Assembly: GCA_903839985.1 (NCBI GenBank)
Contig: CAIMEJ010000027.1
Location: forward strand, 1-40,391
DNA from: an uncultured bacterium
GTDB taxonomy: Bacteria > Chlamydiota > Chlamydiia > Chlamydiales > VFKH01
DNA length: 40,391 bases
Reading direction: 5' to 3'
Shown here one piece after another: positions 1 through 8,588 of the stretch. A model generated the notes under the pieces. It saw nothing but the letters and a program-made list of their open reading frames with translations. It searched no databases and was not told the origin of the DNA. How positions within the stretch are numbered: the stretch's first letter is position 1; each line of letters begins with the position of its first letter. Position numbers and translations under genes: made by a program.

Positions 1-1
1 C

Positions 2-967
2 TCAAGCGTTCATTCTTCTGGGCAGAGAGCTCGGGGCCGGCTAGCTCTTGCCAGGCAGGAAGTAGCTGCTTATTTTGATGTTCTTCCTCAGGAGGTTATA
101 TTTACCTCAGGGGGAACAGAATCTCTTAATCAAGCCATCTTTGGACTTGGACAAGGTAAACGCATTCTCTCTTCCGATAGAGAGCATTCAGCGGTTCTTG
201 AACCTTTAAAAAAAATAGGTTCCGCCAAACTTCTAAAAGGCCCTATTACAGCCGAAACGCTCCTTCCTCATTTAAATGACATAGACCTTATGGTTTTTAT
301 GGGTGCAAATAATGAAACAGGGGTCAAATCTCCTATTAATGAAATAGCAGATATAGCCCTAGCAAGAGGTATCCCTCTCATTATCGACGGTGTGGCTCTT
401 GTAGGTAAGGAGCCGCTAAAGCTGCATAAAGGGATTACAGCTTTTGCCTTTAGCGCCCACAAGTTTCATGGTCCTAGAGGCACTGGCTGCCTTATTGCAC
501 GTAAAAATATCGCGCCTCTTATCCTTGGTGGGGGTCAAGAAAACAAACGACGCGCTGGCACAGAAAATTTACCCGGGATTATAGGCCTCACAAAGGCTTT
601 AAGCCTTATCCCAGACCCTCTTTATGTAGAGGGTTTGCGCAATTATTTTGAGTCTCTTTTGCTAAGCGATTCTGTTCTTATCAATGGAGAGGGCCCACGA
701 GTTTGTAATACTTCCAATTTATTTTTTAAAAATGTTGATGGGGAAGATCTTCTCTTTCACTTAGACCGCCAAGGCATCTCTTGCAGCCATGGCTCGGCCT
801 GTAGCTCAGGTACTTTAGCCGTATCCCATGTTTTGCTTGCACTCGGACTTGGATTACAAAGAGCCAAAAGCTCTTTAAGATTCTCCTTTTCTCGCTATAA
901 TACGCCCACAGAAATTGAGACTGCGGTAGAAATAATCAAAGAGGCTATTAAAAAACTCTCCAAATAG
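2..967 (+). CDS. Cysteine desulfurase / class-V aminotransferase (NifS/IscS-like), 5' end cut by window edge
   Basis: The frame is open from nt 2 to the TAG at 965-967. The upstream part translates to SSVHSSGQRARGRLALARQEVAAYF and FTSGGTESLNQAI. The PLP-lysine motif SAHKFHGPRG and the active-site Cys loop HGSACSSG are present. The listed ORF 290-967 is only the part after an internal Met. Confidence 0.9.
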   Translation, partial: SSVHSSGQRARGRLALARQEVAAYFDVLPQEVIFTSGGTESLNQAIFGLGQGKRILSSDREHSAVLEPLKKIGSAKLLKGPITAETLLPHLNDIDLMVFMGANNETGVKSPINEIADIALARGIPLIIDGVALVGKEPLKLHKGITAFAFSAHKFHGPRGTGCLIARKNIAPLILGGGQENKRRAGTENLPGIIGLTKALSLIPDPLYVEGLRNYFESLLLSDSVLINGEGPRVCNTSNLFFKNVDGEDLLFHLDRQGISCSHGSACSSGTLAVSHVLLALGLGLQRAKSSLRFSFSRYNTPTEIETAVEIIKEAIKKLSK

Positions 968-996
968 AGTATGATAAGCCCTTTTAAGGGAGAACT

Positions 997-2892
997 ATGC
1001 GTCGTTCCATCTGTATCGCAGAACCAAACAGTGTTTTAGCCGGAGAAACAGGGCTTTATAAGTTTTCTTATACAACCTCTACCTCTTTACATAAAGGTGC
1101 TAAACTCCGTTTTGACCTCTGCAGCAATGGCCGCAGTATCGATTGGCAGCCGCCACAAACGGACCTGAAAAAACCAAATAATTTAATCTGGGCAACGCTC
1201 TCTGATGGTCGCCCTTTACAAGCAAAGGCAGTCGAAGTAGCTGACCGCCCTGTTCCCCTTTATGAATTTGTCCTTCCAAGCGACCTTAAAGTCGGACAAA
1301 CAATTACTTTTTATCTAGGCTCTGCTCCTAAAAGTGATCCCAAAAAACAGGGCAACTCCTGCCAGCAATTTATTCAAAGACGTAAACCCTTTAATCTCTA
1401 TATTAGCCCTAAAGGTGATGGTCGATTTGAGGAACCGGAAGTCTTTACCATGGATATTCGGGGTAATAAACTAGAGAACCTTCGGATTATAGCCCCCTCT
1501 TTTGTCGGTCGTGGCAAACGTTTTGATATCGTTATTCGATTTGAAGATCTTTTTGGAAATCTCACACATAATGCAACGGAAGGCTCTTTATTTGAACTCT
1601 CCTATGAAAATATCCGTGAGAATCTTAACTGGAAACTCTTCGTTCCTGAAACAGGCTTCGTAACACTGCCAAACCTTTATTTTAATGATCCAGGTATTTA
1701 TAAAATTCAGCTCTTAAACCTGACGACAAAAGAAAAATATATTTCTTCTCCTATCAAATGTTTTAATGAAGCTCCAGGTCATCTTTTCTGGGGACTCCTG
1801 CATGGGGATTCCGAAAAAGTAGATTCTATGGAGAGCATCGAGGCTTCTTTACGTCACTTTCGTGATGAAAAAGCTTTTAACTTCTTTGGTCTATCCCCTT
1901 TTGAAGAAGAGACAACGACAGATATGTGGCGCTTTATTAGCCAACATGTAACGGAATTTAATGAAGATGACCGTTTTATTACGCTACTTGGACTCCAGTG
2001 GAAAAGCTCTGAAGGTGTCCGTCAATTTGTTTTTACTAAAGATGCTAAATCCATTATTCGTCATAGTGAAATCAAAACAAGCTCCCTACCTAAGATTTAT
2101 AAATCTTACTCTCCGAAAGACTTTATTTCTATACCGACCTTTACAATGGGTGGAGCCCATCTTGGATGGAATTTTGAGCACTTTAATCCCGAATTTGAAC
2201 GTGTTGTAGAAATTTATAATGCCTGGGGATCTTCTGAATGTACAGAGGCGCAAGGAAATTTACGCCCTATCGGTGGGTCATCTAAAAAGTGTGTGCAAGA
2301 ATTTGCTAAAGGTGCGATTCAAACAGCACTTAATAAAGGTTATCGCTTTGGCTTTGTAGCCGGAGGCCTTGATGATCGAGGTCCCTACGCGGACTTTCTT
2401 GATACCGATCAACACAAGTACACACCCGGACTCACAGGCCTTATAGCTGCGCATCACAATCGTGATTCTATCGTTGAAGCTCTCTATAATAGATCTTGCT
2501 ATGCCACAACAGGTGCTCGTATTATCCTCCATTTTGAGATCGCCGGACATTCTATGGGCAAAGAGCTCTCTATTAAGCTGAAACCAGGCCTTGCTGTTAA
2601 TCGCTTTATTAGTGGTGGTGTTGCAGGCACAGCGAAACTGAAAAAAGTAGAGCTTATCCGTAATGGTGATGTTATCCATGAATGGAAAGATCTGAAAGGA
2701 ACTGACCTAGAGTTTGAATTTGATGATGCTGAGGATCCAGCTCAATTTGCTCTTCAAGGAGAATTCAGTCCAGCACCCTTCGTCTACTATTATATACGTA
2801 TTCTTCAAGAAGATGGTCATATAGCTTGGAGCTCTCCTGTTTGGATCGACTTCGCAGAAGATCTTAAGATAGCGCACAAGAAGAAGAAATAG
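997..2892 (+). CDS. Conserved hypothetical protein, C-terminal region DUF3604/PHP-like (putative metal-dependent hydrolase fold), N-terminal ~260 aa unassigned
   Basis: A 631-aa ORF with purine-rich AAGGGAGA just upstream of the ATG. The motifs LHGDSE, VEIYNAWGSSE and the C-terminal AWSSPVWID resemble what I recall of the DUF3604 family, whose members are about 600-690 aa. This was not checked by a profile search. Confidence 0.55.
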   Translation: MRRSICIAEPNSVLAGETGLYKFSYTTSTSLHKGAKLRFDLCSNGRSIDWQPPQTDLKKPNNLIWATLSDGRPLQAKAVEVADRPVPLYEFVLPSDLKVGQTITFYLGSAPKSDPKKQGNSCQQFIQRRKPFNLYISPKGDGRFEEPEVFTMDIRGNKLENLRIIAPSFVGRGKRFDIVIRFEDLFGNLTHNATEGSLFELSYENIRENLNWKLFVPETGFVTLPNLYFNDPGIYKIQLLNLTTKEKYISSPIKCFNEAPGHLFWGLLHGDSEKVDSMESIEASLRHFRDEKAFNFFGLSPFEEETTTDMWRFISQHVTEFNEDDRFITLLGLQWKSSEGVRQFVFTKDAKSIIRHSEIKTSSLPKIYKSYSPKDFISIPTFTMGGAHLGWNFEHFNPEFERVVEIYNAWGSSECTEAQGNLRPIGGSSKKCVQEFAKGAIQTALNKGYRFGFVAGGLDDRGPYADFLDTDQHKYTPGLTGLIAAHHNRDSIVEALYNRSCYATTGARIILHFEIAGHSMGKELSIKLKPGLAVNRFISGGVAGTAKLKKVELIRNGDVIHEWKDLKGTDLEFEFDDAEDPAQFALQGEFSPAPFVYYYIRILQEDGHIAWSSPVWIDFAEDLKIAHKKKK

Positions 2893-3315
2893 GTGACCTA
2901 CTGCTTTCTGCGCCATGCAGAACAAAACAACGAGGGGGGCTCGCTAACCCCTCTTGGGCGCCTTCAAGCTCAAAACCTCCAGCTGCCAGATTTTGATATT
3001 ATCTTCAGCTCTCCGGCTAAACGCTCTTATGAAACAGCCCATCTGATTGCCCCCTTGCAAGAAATCCAAGTTCTGGAAGATCTCTATATTCCGACAGCTG
3101 CCATCTCCCCAGAGCTTCTCCAGCTCATACTCCAAGAGATTGCGCTTAAAAAGGCTTCTTCCGTTCTCATCGTATCTCATGCAGGTGTCTCTAATTATCT
3201 CGCAGCAGCCTGCTTTCCCTTATTTGCTGAAAAGATTTTAAATTATAACCTAGGCCACGCAGAAGGATTCCTCATCCAGGAAGAATCTTTGAGCTTTGTA
3301 AGTCCTTTGCTTTAA
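2893..3315 (+). CDS. Histidine phosphatase superfamily protein (SixA/PGAM-like)
   Basis: A GTG start directly abuts the upstream stop. The RHG-type motif CFLRHAEQ lies near the N-terminus. LTPLGRLQA, SSPAKRSYETA and a C-terminal VSHAG (second catalytic His) are also present. Confidence 0.7.
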   Translation: MTYCFLRHAEQNNEGGSLTPLGRLQAQNLQLPDFDIIFSSPAKRSYETAHLIAPLQEIQVLEDLYIPTAAISPELLQLILQEIALKKASSVLIVSHAGVSNYLAAACFPLFAEKILNYNLGHAEGFLIQEESLSFVSPLL

Positions 3316-3385
3316 CCCTTCTTAAGCTTGCTTCATCCAAGAAGAGACTCTGATCTTTGTAAGCCTTTAACCCTTCTTAAGCTTT
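3294..3385. repeat. Imperfect direct repeat (about 31-37 bp, two copies) in a convergent intergenic region
   Basis: Copy 1 at 3294-3330 reads CTTTGTAAGTCCTTTGCTTTAACCCTTCTTAAGCTTG. Copy 2 at 3355-3385 reads CTTTGTAAGCCTTTAACCCTTCTTAAGCTTT. Copy 1 contains the stop codon of the 2893-3315 gene. Confidence 0.6.
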
Positions 3386-3387
3386 CC

Positions 3388-4602
3388 TTAAGCTCTGATA
3401 CGAATAAGTACTGTCTTAATACCCATCAAAATACTTTCTTGCACTACTAGCTCGAGTGAGCCAATCTTGAGAGACTCCCCTTGTTCGGGATGGTGGCCGA
3501 GGGTTTTGATAAGAAGCTCAGCGAGCGTTTTAGAAGTGGGGTCATGAATAAGAGCACCAAATTCTTTGTTAAAATCGGCGATGGTAAGATTGCCAGGAAC
3601 GCTTCTCTCCACAAAACGCTCTTCACGATCTGCATTTTCAGGCTGTTTTTCATCAAAGATCTTTTTAAGTAGGTCGTTGAGTGTAAGAAGACCCACAGAT
3701 TGCCCGCTCTCACCCAGGACTATAGCCGCAGCTTTATTATTAGTACGAAATTGGTTGAGAATATCAATAAGAGGCGTGCTGGCAGCAATGTACCAAGGTG
3801 ACTTACAAAAATCTTTGGCTCTTTTTTGGGCTGGGGCTCTAAGTAAACTTTTAGGAGTCACAATAGCAATAACATTATGGCGGTAACGATGATAGAGCGG
3901 AATTGTTGTATGATCTTCTTTTAACATAAGTGTGCGCACATTCTCAATCGTTGCATCAGAGGCGAGCATGCGCAATTCTTGAAGGGGTACCATGACATCG
4001 AGCGCTTTTTTTGCTTTAAGCTCAAATATGTTTTTTACAATTACATTAAACTCTGCACTCTCTTCCAAAGGCTCATCTTGCTCTTCAAGAGCTTTTTGCA
4101 ATTCTTCCCGGCTCAAAAGGGCCGCATGATGAATCGATTCTGCTTTAAAGACCTTGTTAACAATTTTTACAATAAAACCGAAAAGACGCGTTACCGGATA
4201 AAGAAGAAAGGAAATTCCATAAATAAGGGGGGCCTCTGCTAAGGCAATTGTTTCGGCATAGCGACGAGCAGCAAAAAGAGGTGCTAGTTCTGCAATAATG
4301 ACAACGAGGAAAAACTGTGTGAGTGGAGCTAAGTCTGGGTTTAAATGGGCTGCCTCATAAAACTGCCGAGAACATTCAGAGCCTACCTGTAGAGCTATAT
4401 TAACCCCCAAAAGAGCTGTGCCAAAAAGTGTTGTGGGGTTGCTGATAAGCTTGTGCACAAGGCGTGCTCTCCAGCTCCCGCGAGAGAGATAGTACTGTAA
4501 ACGGAGCCTACTGAATGAGATAATGGCCATCTCACCCATAGCAAAGAACGCCTCAAACAAAATACAAATAAATGTGAGCCCAAACCACATTAAAGCTGTC
4601 AT
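3388..4602 (-). CDS. CNNM/TlyC-family membrane protein (DUF21 transmembrane domain + CBS pair + CorC/HlyC C-terminal domain)
   Basis: A 404-aa ORF with an N-terminal multi-helix hydrophobic domain and a central CBS-like region (VMVPLQELRML ... IPLYH). It has the C-terminal transporter-associated-domain layout. It is a paralogue of the upstream gene, with a 4-nt start/stop overlap. Confidence 0.8.
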   Translation of the reverse strand: MTALMWFGLTFICILFEAFFAMGEMAIISFSRLRLQYYLSRGSWRARLVHKLISNPTTLFGTALLGVNIALQVGSECSRQFYEAAHLNPDLAPLTQFFLVVIIAELAPLFAARRYAETIALAEAPLIYGISFLLYPVTRLFGFIVKIVNKVFKAESIHHAALLSREELQKALEEQDEPLEESAEFNVIVKNIFELKAKKALDVMVPLQELRMLASDATIENVRTLMLKEDHTTIPLYHRYRHNVIAIVTPKSLLRAPAQKRAKDFCKSPWYIAASTPLIDILNQFRTNNKAAAIVLGESGQSVGLLTLNDLLKKIFDEKQPENADREERFVERSVPGNLTIADFNKEFGALIHDPTSKTLAELLIKTLGHHPEQGESLKIGSLELVVQESILMGIKTVLIRIRA

Positions 4603-5822
4603 AGTTTTTTCACATAAATACGTTTAATACGCTGCGGTTCAGCGGCAAGAATCTGAAATAAGAAACCCTCTTTTACAATCTGCTGTCCTACTTTAGGGAT
4701 ATCGCCAAATTGTTCTATAAGAAAGCCTCCGAGCGTCTTCATGGAACTTTTAAGCGTGTAATGGAAGATGTCTTTGAAAGTAGCGAGCTCTAACTTGCTG
4801 CTCGCAATAATAATTTTGGGGCCGCCTCTTGTATAAAGGCTTTTTTTGTTACGCAGATCTTGAATATCACCGACGATTGCTTCTACAAGATCCTCATAAG
4901 CAATAAGACCTGCAATACCTCCGTATTCATCTACAACCATAGCTAAACTTTCTTTTTTACGTTGAAACTGGCGCATAAGGCTGCGGGCACGCATAGTTTC
5001 CGGAACAAAGAACGCATTGGCTATAAAAGGTCTTAGATCTTCCGGCTTATGAATTTGATCCTGATAGAGAAAAAACTGCCGAGCCGTAATAACACCATGC
5101 AAGTCATTGAGGTCTTTCCCACAAACAGGTATTTGGGAACAGTCCTCTTCAATAAAAAGATGCATGAGCCTTGTAAGAGGTTCTTCTAAAGAGTAATATA
5201 TGACGTCTTCACGTGGCCACATGTGCTCTTTAACACTTGTATCTTGAAGGGAGAGATAGCCATCTATTAACTCTGTTTCCTCACTTGTAAGAAGGCTGCT
5301 GACTGCTTGGCTTTTGAGTAAATGGTGGAGCTCTGCACGTGAAATATCTGCCGGCTTTTTGAGAAAGAAGAAAATAAAGCGCGAGACATAGCTTGTAATA
5401 ATGGTAAGAACATAGCGAACTGGCTTAATGAGGCGTGTAATCAGGGAAATAGTTGGAGCTACTAGATAAGCAATCTTTTTATTATGTGCAAAGCCAATAG
5501 ACTTAGGTATCACTTCGCCGATAAAAAGAGTGATAACTAAAGGCAGGCCTACCCTCAAAGTCCAGGAGGCCGCTGGCCCAAAATAGCTGGAAAAAACGTT
5601 CTGTATAAGCAAATTAATAAAGACATCTAGCATGAAAAGAGTAACAAGGAGCTCACGGGGCTTTAAAACAAGGGCTGCTACAAGATTCTTACGTGGTTCA
5701 TGGGAAGATTTCCACGTGTTTACTTGAGTTCCTGAGAGCGAAAGAAGGGCTGTTTGAGAAGAGGAAACGAATGCTGAAGAGGCTGCCAAAAAAGTTATAA
5801 TTAAAATAACGGTGATCATCAA
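4599..5822 (-). CDS. CNNM/TlyC-family membrane protein (DUF21 + CBS pair + CorC/HlyC domain)
   Basis: A 407-aa ORF carrying the DUF21 signature GEVIPKSIG and the CBS entry motif HMWPREDVIYY. The C-terminal domain contains DEYGGIAGLIAYEDLVEAIVGDI, typical of CorC/TlyC proteins. Confidence 0.85.
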   Translation of the reverse strand: MMITVILIITFLAASSAFVSSSQTALLSLSGTQVNTWKSSHEPRKNLVAALVLKPRELLVTLFMLDVFINLLIQNVFSSYFGPAASWTLRVGLPLVITLFIGEVIPKSIGFAHNKKIAYLVAPTISLITRLIKPVRYVLTIITSYVSRFIFFFLKKPADISRAELHHLLKSQAVSSLLTSEETELIDGYLSLQDTSVKEHMWPREDVIYYSLEEPLTRLMHLFIEEDCSQIPVCGKDLNDLHGVITARQFFLYQDQIHKPEDLRPFIANAFFVPETMRARSLMRQFQRKKESLAMVVDEYGGIAGLIAYEDLVEAIVGDIQDLRNKKSLYTRGGPKIIIASSKLELATFKDIFHYTLKSSMKTLGGFLIEQFGDIPKVGQQIVKEGFLFQILAAEPQRIKRIYVKKL

Positions 5823-6100
5823 TGATCCACAAAAATAACTTTTTTATATCCTTCAGGAACAAGTCCTAGGATATTCATAAGCGTTTGCTCCATCCATTCG
5901 GGGTCATTTTGACTAGCGATAATCTGCTGTAACTCCATCCTAGATTTTAGAGCGATTTCCTTACGCTTAGTAAGATCTTTTTGTTCGGTAAGCAATTTTT
6001 CTTTTTCAGTACTTCCTTTCTCAAGGCCCTGCTCAAAAATGATAAGGGCCATGAAAGCATATACAGTAAGCCAGAAGTAAGGCTTGCCTAAGATTTTCAT
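5819..6100 (-). CDS. Small bitopic protein, septum-formation-initiator (FtsB/DivIC)-like
   Basis: A 93-aa ORF with one N-terminal TM helix (YFWLTVYAFMALIIF) followed by a charged coiled-coil-like stretch. The C-terminal NDPEWMEQTLMNILGLVPEGYKKVIF matches the DivIC/FtsB pattern D-P-x-y-i-E-x-x-a-R-x-x-L-G-l-v-x-p-G-E. It overlaps both neighbours by 4 nt. Confidence 0.6.
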   Translation of the reverse strand: MKILGKPYFWLTVYAFMALIIFEQGLEKGSTEKEKLLTEQKDLTKRKEIALKSRMELQQIIASQNDPEWMEQTLMNILGLVPEGYKKVIFVDH

Positions 6101-7284
6101 TTGGGCAGTAGCGGCATCATCACAACTTCTGTACCAGGGAAAAACTTACGCAGCACTTTAACAGCATCCAAACCATGTTCTGCCATTTTGCAAGCTGTAT
6201 AGAGACAAAGTCCTGTACCATGACCTTTACCATAACCTGTAAAGGTAATGATATCTTTATCATTACTGATGGCAAAATCACTACTCTGTAATTTGTCAGC
6301 CCCTAGAAGAGTCTGCAAAGAAGTGAAATCCATTTCTCTATTGCCGTCACCACTTTGTAGGCGCACAGCATAAACTTTACCAGAAGCCTGGTCTGTGTAG
6401 GCTGTTAACCCGCTAATTTGTGTAGCTCCGACCATTTTTGCAAGATCACCTTTTCTGACCATATAAGTCCATGAAACGTTATCACGATCACTTGCAGCAA
6501 GTGCACTTTCTACAGCTCCGGAAGGACCACTTGTTTCTTTACGGAATATAGACTTGGCGCTAGCCGAGCGTCCAGCACAGTGAGCTGTCCATGTAGCTGC
6601 AAAAAGCCCTTTATAGGCCTCTTTATCATTTTGACGCATGACTAAATAACGTGTTGCATTTACTGCACGATCAACACCTTTTTTCTTCAAACCGCTCAGA
6701 CCGCTATAAGAAACGGCTTCGGCATCATACTGATAAAAAGCATCGTTATAACGCTCTGCTTGATAGTATGCAGTTGTGCGCGCTGCAATAGCGAGTGCAG
6801 CTAAGGCTTCATCTGAAAGATTATCTTTATATTGCGCTGCTAGGGTCTCTTTTAAGAAATCCTCGACATTGACCTGGTTGACTATATTAATTTTATTGCC
6901 AACACCATAGATATAGACAATACCTGTATAGCATACCCCATCAACCCATGTGGTTGTGCGAGCATTCGTAGGAACGATAGCAATCTGGAAGGTTCCTGGA
7001 AATTCTTCGCCCCATTTAAGACCGTCAACACTTACCGAAACCGGATAACATTTACCAAACATTCCAGTAGAAAAAAGTGTGTATTCATTAGGATCATAAA
7101 TTTTATAAGGGCCCTTAACCTCTACTACTGTTTCAAAAAGATCTTTTGCAATCAAAACCTTCACTTGAGGTGCTTTGGGATGCAGTATTTCGAAGCCTGG
7201 ATTCGGAAGCGGATGCTGGGGCTTTGCTGCGACTACAGTCGTCATGCACGCCATCATAATAATCAGTCCTAGTTTCAAATACAT
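6097..7284 (-). CDS. spoIID: SpoIID/LytB-domain protein (peptidoglycan glycan-strand cleaving / amidase-enhancer family), secreted
   Basis: It has an N-terminal signal peptide (MYLKLGLIIMMACMTTVVAAKP). SpoIID-type motifs are VEDFLKETLAAQ, ALAALAIAARTTAYY, VSYSGLSG and ATWTAHCAGRS. Confidence 0.8.
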   Translation of the reverse strand: MYLKLGLIIMMACMTTVVAAKPQHPLPNPGFEILHPKAPQVKVLIAKDLFETVVEVKGPYKIYDPNEYTLFSTGMFGKCYPVSVSVDGLKWGEEFPGTFQIAIVPTNARTTTWVDGVCYTGIVYIYGVGNKINIVNQVNVEDFLKETLAAQYKDNLSDEALAALAIAARTTAYYQAERYNDAFYQYDAEAVSYSGLSGLKKKGVDRAVNATRYLVMRQNDKEAYKGLFAATWTAHCAGRSASAKSIFRKETSGPSGAVESALAASDRDNVSWTYMVRKGDLAKMVGATQISGLTAYTDQASGKVYAVRLQSGDGNREMDFTSLQTLLGADKLQSSDFAISNDKDIITFTGYGKGHGTGLCLYTACKMAEHGLDAVKVLRKFFPGTEVVMMPLLPK

Positions 7285-7289
7285 AAAAT

Positions 7290-8297
7290 TTACCTCTCTC
7301 TTTTACCTAAATGTTCTACCGCAAGATCCGTTGCTACACGTCCCCTGGGCGTTCTCTTTATAAGTCCTTGCATTATAAGAAAAGGCTCGTAAACTTCTTC
7401 TAAAGTATGCGGCTCTTCCCCTAAAGCTAGTGCCAAGGTGTTTAAACCAACTGGCCCTCCGGCATAATGCTCTATTAATACACGGAGTAATTTAATATCT
7501 ATCTCTTCAAGGCCTATCTCGTCAATAGCTAGCATAGCTAAAGCATTACTTGCCAAATCTTTAGAGACATCCTCTTTGCGAGCGTTATGCACTTCAGCGT
7601 AATCGCGCACCCACTTGAGCAAATTATTAGCCACCCTTGGCGTGCCCCTTGATCTTTCCGCGATAAGGCCTGCTGCATCCAAACTTAACTGCATATTAAG
7701 AATATTGGCAGTTCTTTGTACAATAGTTTGTAAAGAAACAGCATCATAATAATTAAGACGCAGGGTTGAACCAAAGCGCGAACGCATAGGACTGCTTAAA
7801 AGACCGGACCTTGTTGTTGCGGCGATAAGTGTAAAACGATTCAATTTGACCTGAACAGAGCGCGCTGCTGGACCGCTATCAATAATTAAATCTAAAGAAA
7901 AATCTTCCATCGCTGGATAAAGATATTCTTCTATTGTTTTATTTAAACGATGGATCTCATCGATAAAGAGAACATCCCCTGCTTTCAAGCTTGTCAAGAT
8001 ACCGGCCAGATCCCCTGCTTTCTCTAGAACAGGTCCGGACGTTACGACAATATTGGCCCCTACACTACGAGCGCAAAGATGAGCTAATGTTGTTTTACCA
8101 AGTCCAGGTGGCCCCGAAAGAAGAATGTGAGGCAAGGGTTCTTGACGAGCAGTAGCTGCACCAATTAATACATGCAAACGATTAATAAGATCCAATTGCC
8201 CTACAAACTCCCCTAAATGACTGGGTCGCAAGGGGATTTCAAAGGGTAAATCTTCCTTTGCAAGTGATGATTCCAGAAAGGGTGTTACAGCCTTCAT
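7290..8297 (-). CDS. ruvB: Holliday junction branch-migration helicase RuvB
   Basis: Walker A LSGPPGLGKTTLA, Walker B LFIDEIHRL, sensor region ATTRSGLLSSPMRSRFG, and the C-terminal winged-helix segment EPFLIMQGLIKRTPRGR. Confidence 0.95.
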   Translation of the reverse strand: MKAVTPFLESSLAKEDLPFEIPLRPSHLGEFVGQLDLINRLHVLIGAATARQEPLPHILLSGPPGLGKTTLAHLCARSVGANIVVTSGPVLEKAGDLAGILTSLKAGDVLFIDEIHRLNKTIEEYLYPAMEDFSLDLIIDSGPAARSVQVKLNRFTLIAATTRSGLLSSPMRSRFGSTLRLNYYDAVSLQTIVQRTANILNMQLSLDAAGLIAERSRGTPRVANNLLKWVRDYAEVHNARKEDVSKDLASNALAMLAIDEIGLEEIDIKLLRVLIEHYAGGPVGLNTLALALGEEPHTLEEVYEPFLIMQGLIKRTPRGRVATDLAVEHLGKRER

Positions 8298-8439
8298 ATC
8301 CTATCTTCTTAGCATAGCTGGGGTTTCCAAAGCTATAGATATCTGTTTTGACAATAATTATTTTTAATTTATTTCTATAGAAAAAAGGTTAAAGCGCTTT
8401 CAAACCAAAGAAGAATTCAAAGAAAAAGCTTATAAAAGA

Positions 8440-8468
8440 TTGTTTTTTTAAAGACTTTATGCTAAAAT
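8440..8468 (+). promoter_or_regulatory. Putative sigma-70-type promoter of ffs (-35 TTGTTT, 17-nt spacer, extended -10 TGCTAAAAT)
   Basis: TTGTTT lies at 8440-8445 and TGcTAAAAT at 8460-8468. This places a start site around 8475, coinciding with the 5' end of the SRP RNA closing helix. Confidence 0.4.
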
Positions 8469-8473
8469 TGTTT

Positions 8474-8568
8474 GCGACAATCCTTAGGAGCGGAGTCTAC
8501 TGAATCAGGTCAGGATCGGAAGATAGCAGCCTTAAGGCCGGATCTCTTGCGTCCTAAGTGGTTGTCCT
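8474..8568 (+). ncRNA. ffs: Signal recognition particle RNA (small/4.5S type)
   Basis: 8508-8531 reads GGTCAGGATCGGAAGATAGCAGCC. This matches the universally conserved domain IV (E. coli GGUCAGGUCCGGAAGGAAGCAGCC), with a GGAA tetraloop at 8518-8521 and an AGG/AGCA symmetric loop. The terminal helix pairs GACAA..CTTAGGA (8476-8488) with TCCTAAG..TTGTC (8552-8566). Confidence 0.85.
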
Positions 8569-8588
8569 TGTATTAAACCGAAGGAATA

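Noticed and set aside
2278-2679. Nested or antisense ORFs inside larger genes. Examples are 268-462, 1961-2209, 2278-2679, 3566-3886, 15782-16042, 22651-22962, 29977-30306, 32489-32891, 35859-36134 and 38892-39176.
   Set aside because: Each lies wholly within a longer ORF that has recognisable family motifs. They have no RBS and odd amino-acid composition. There is no evidence for overlapping genes.
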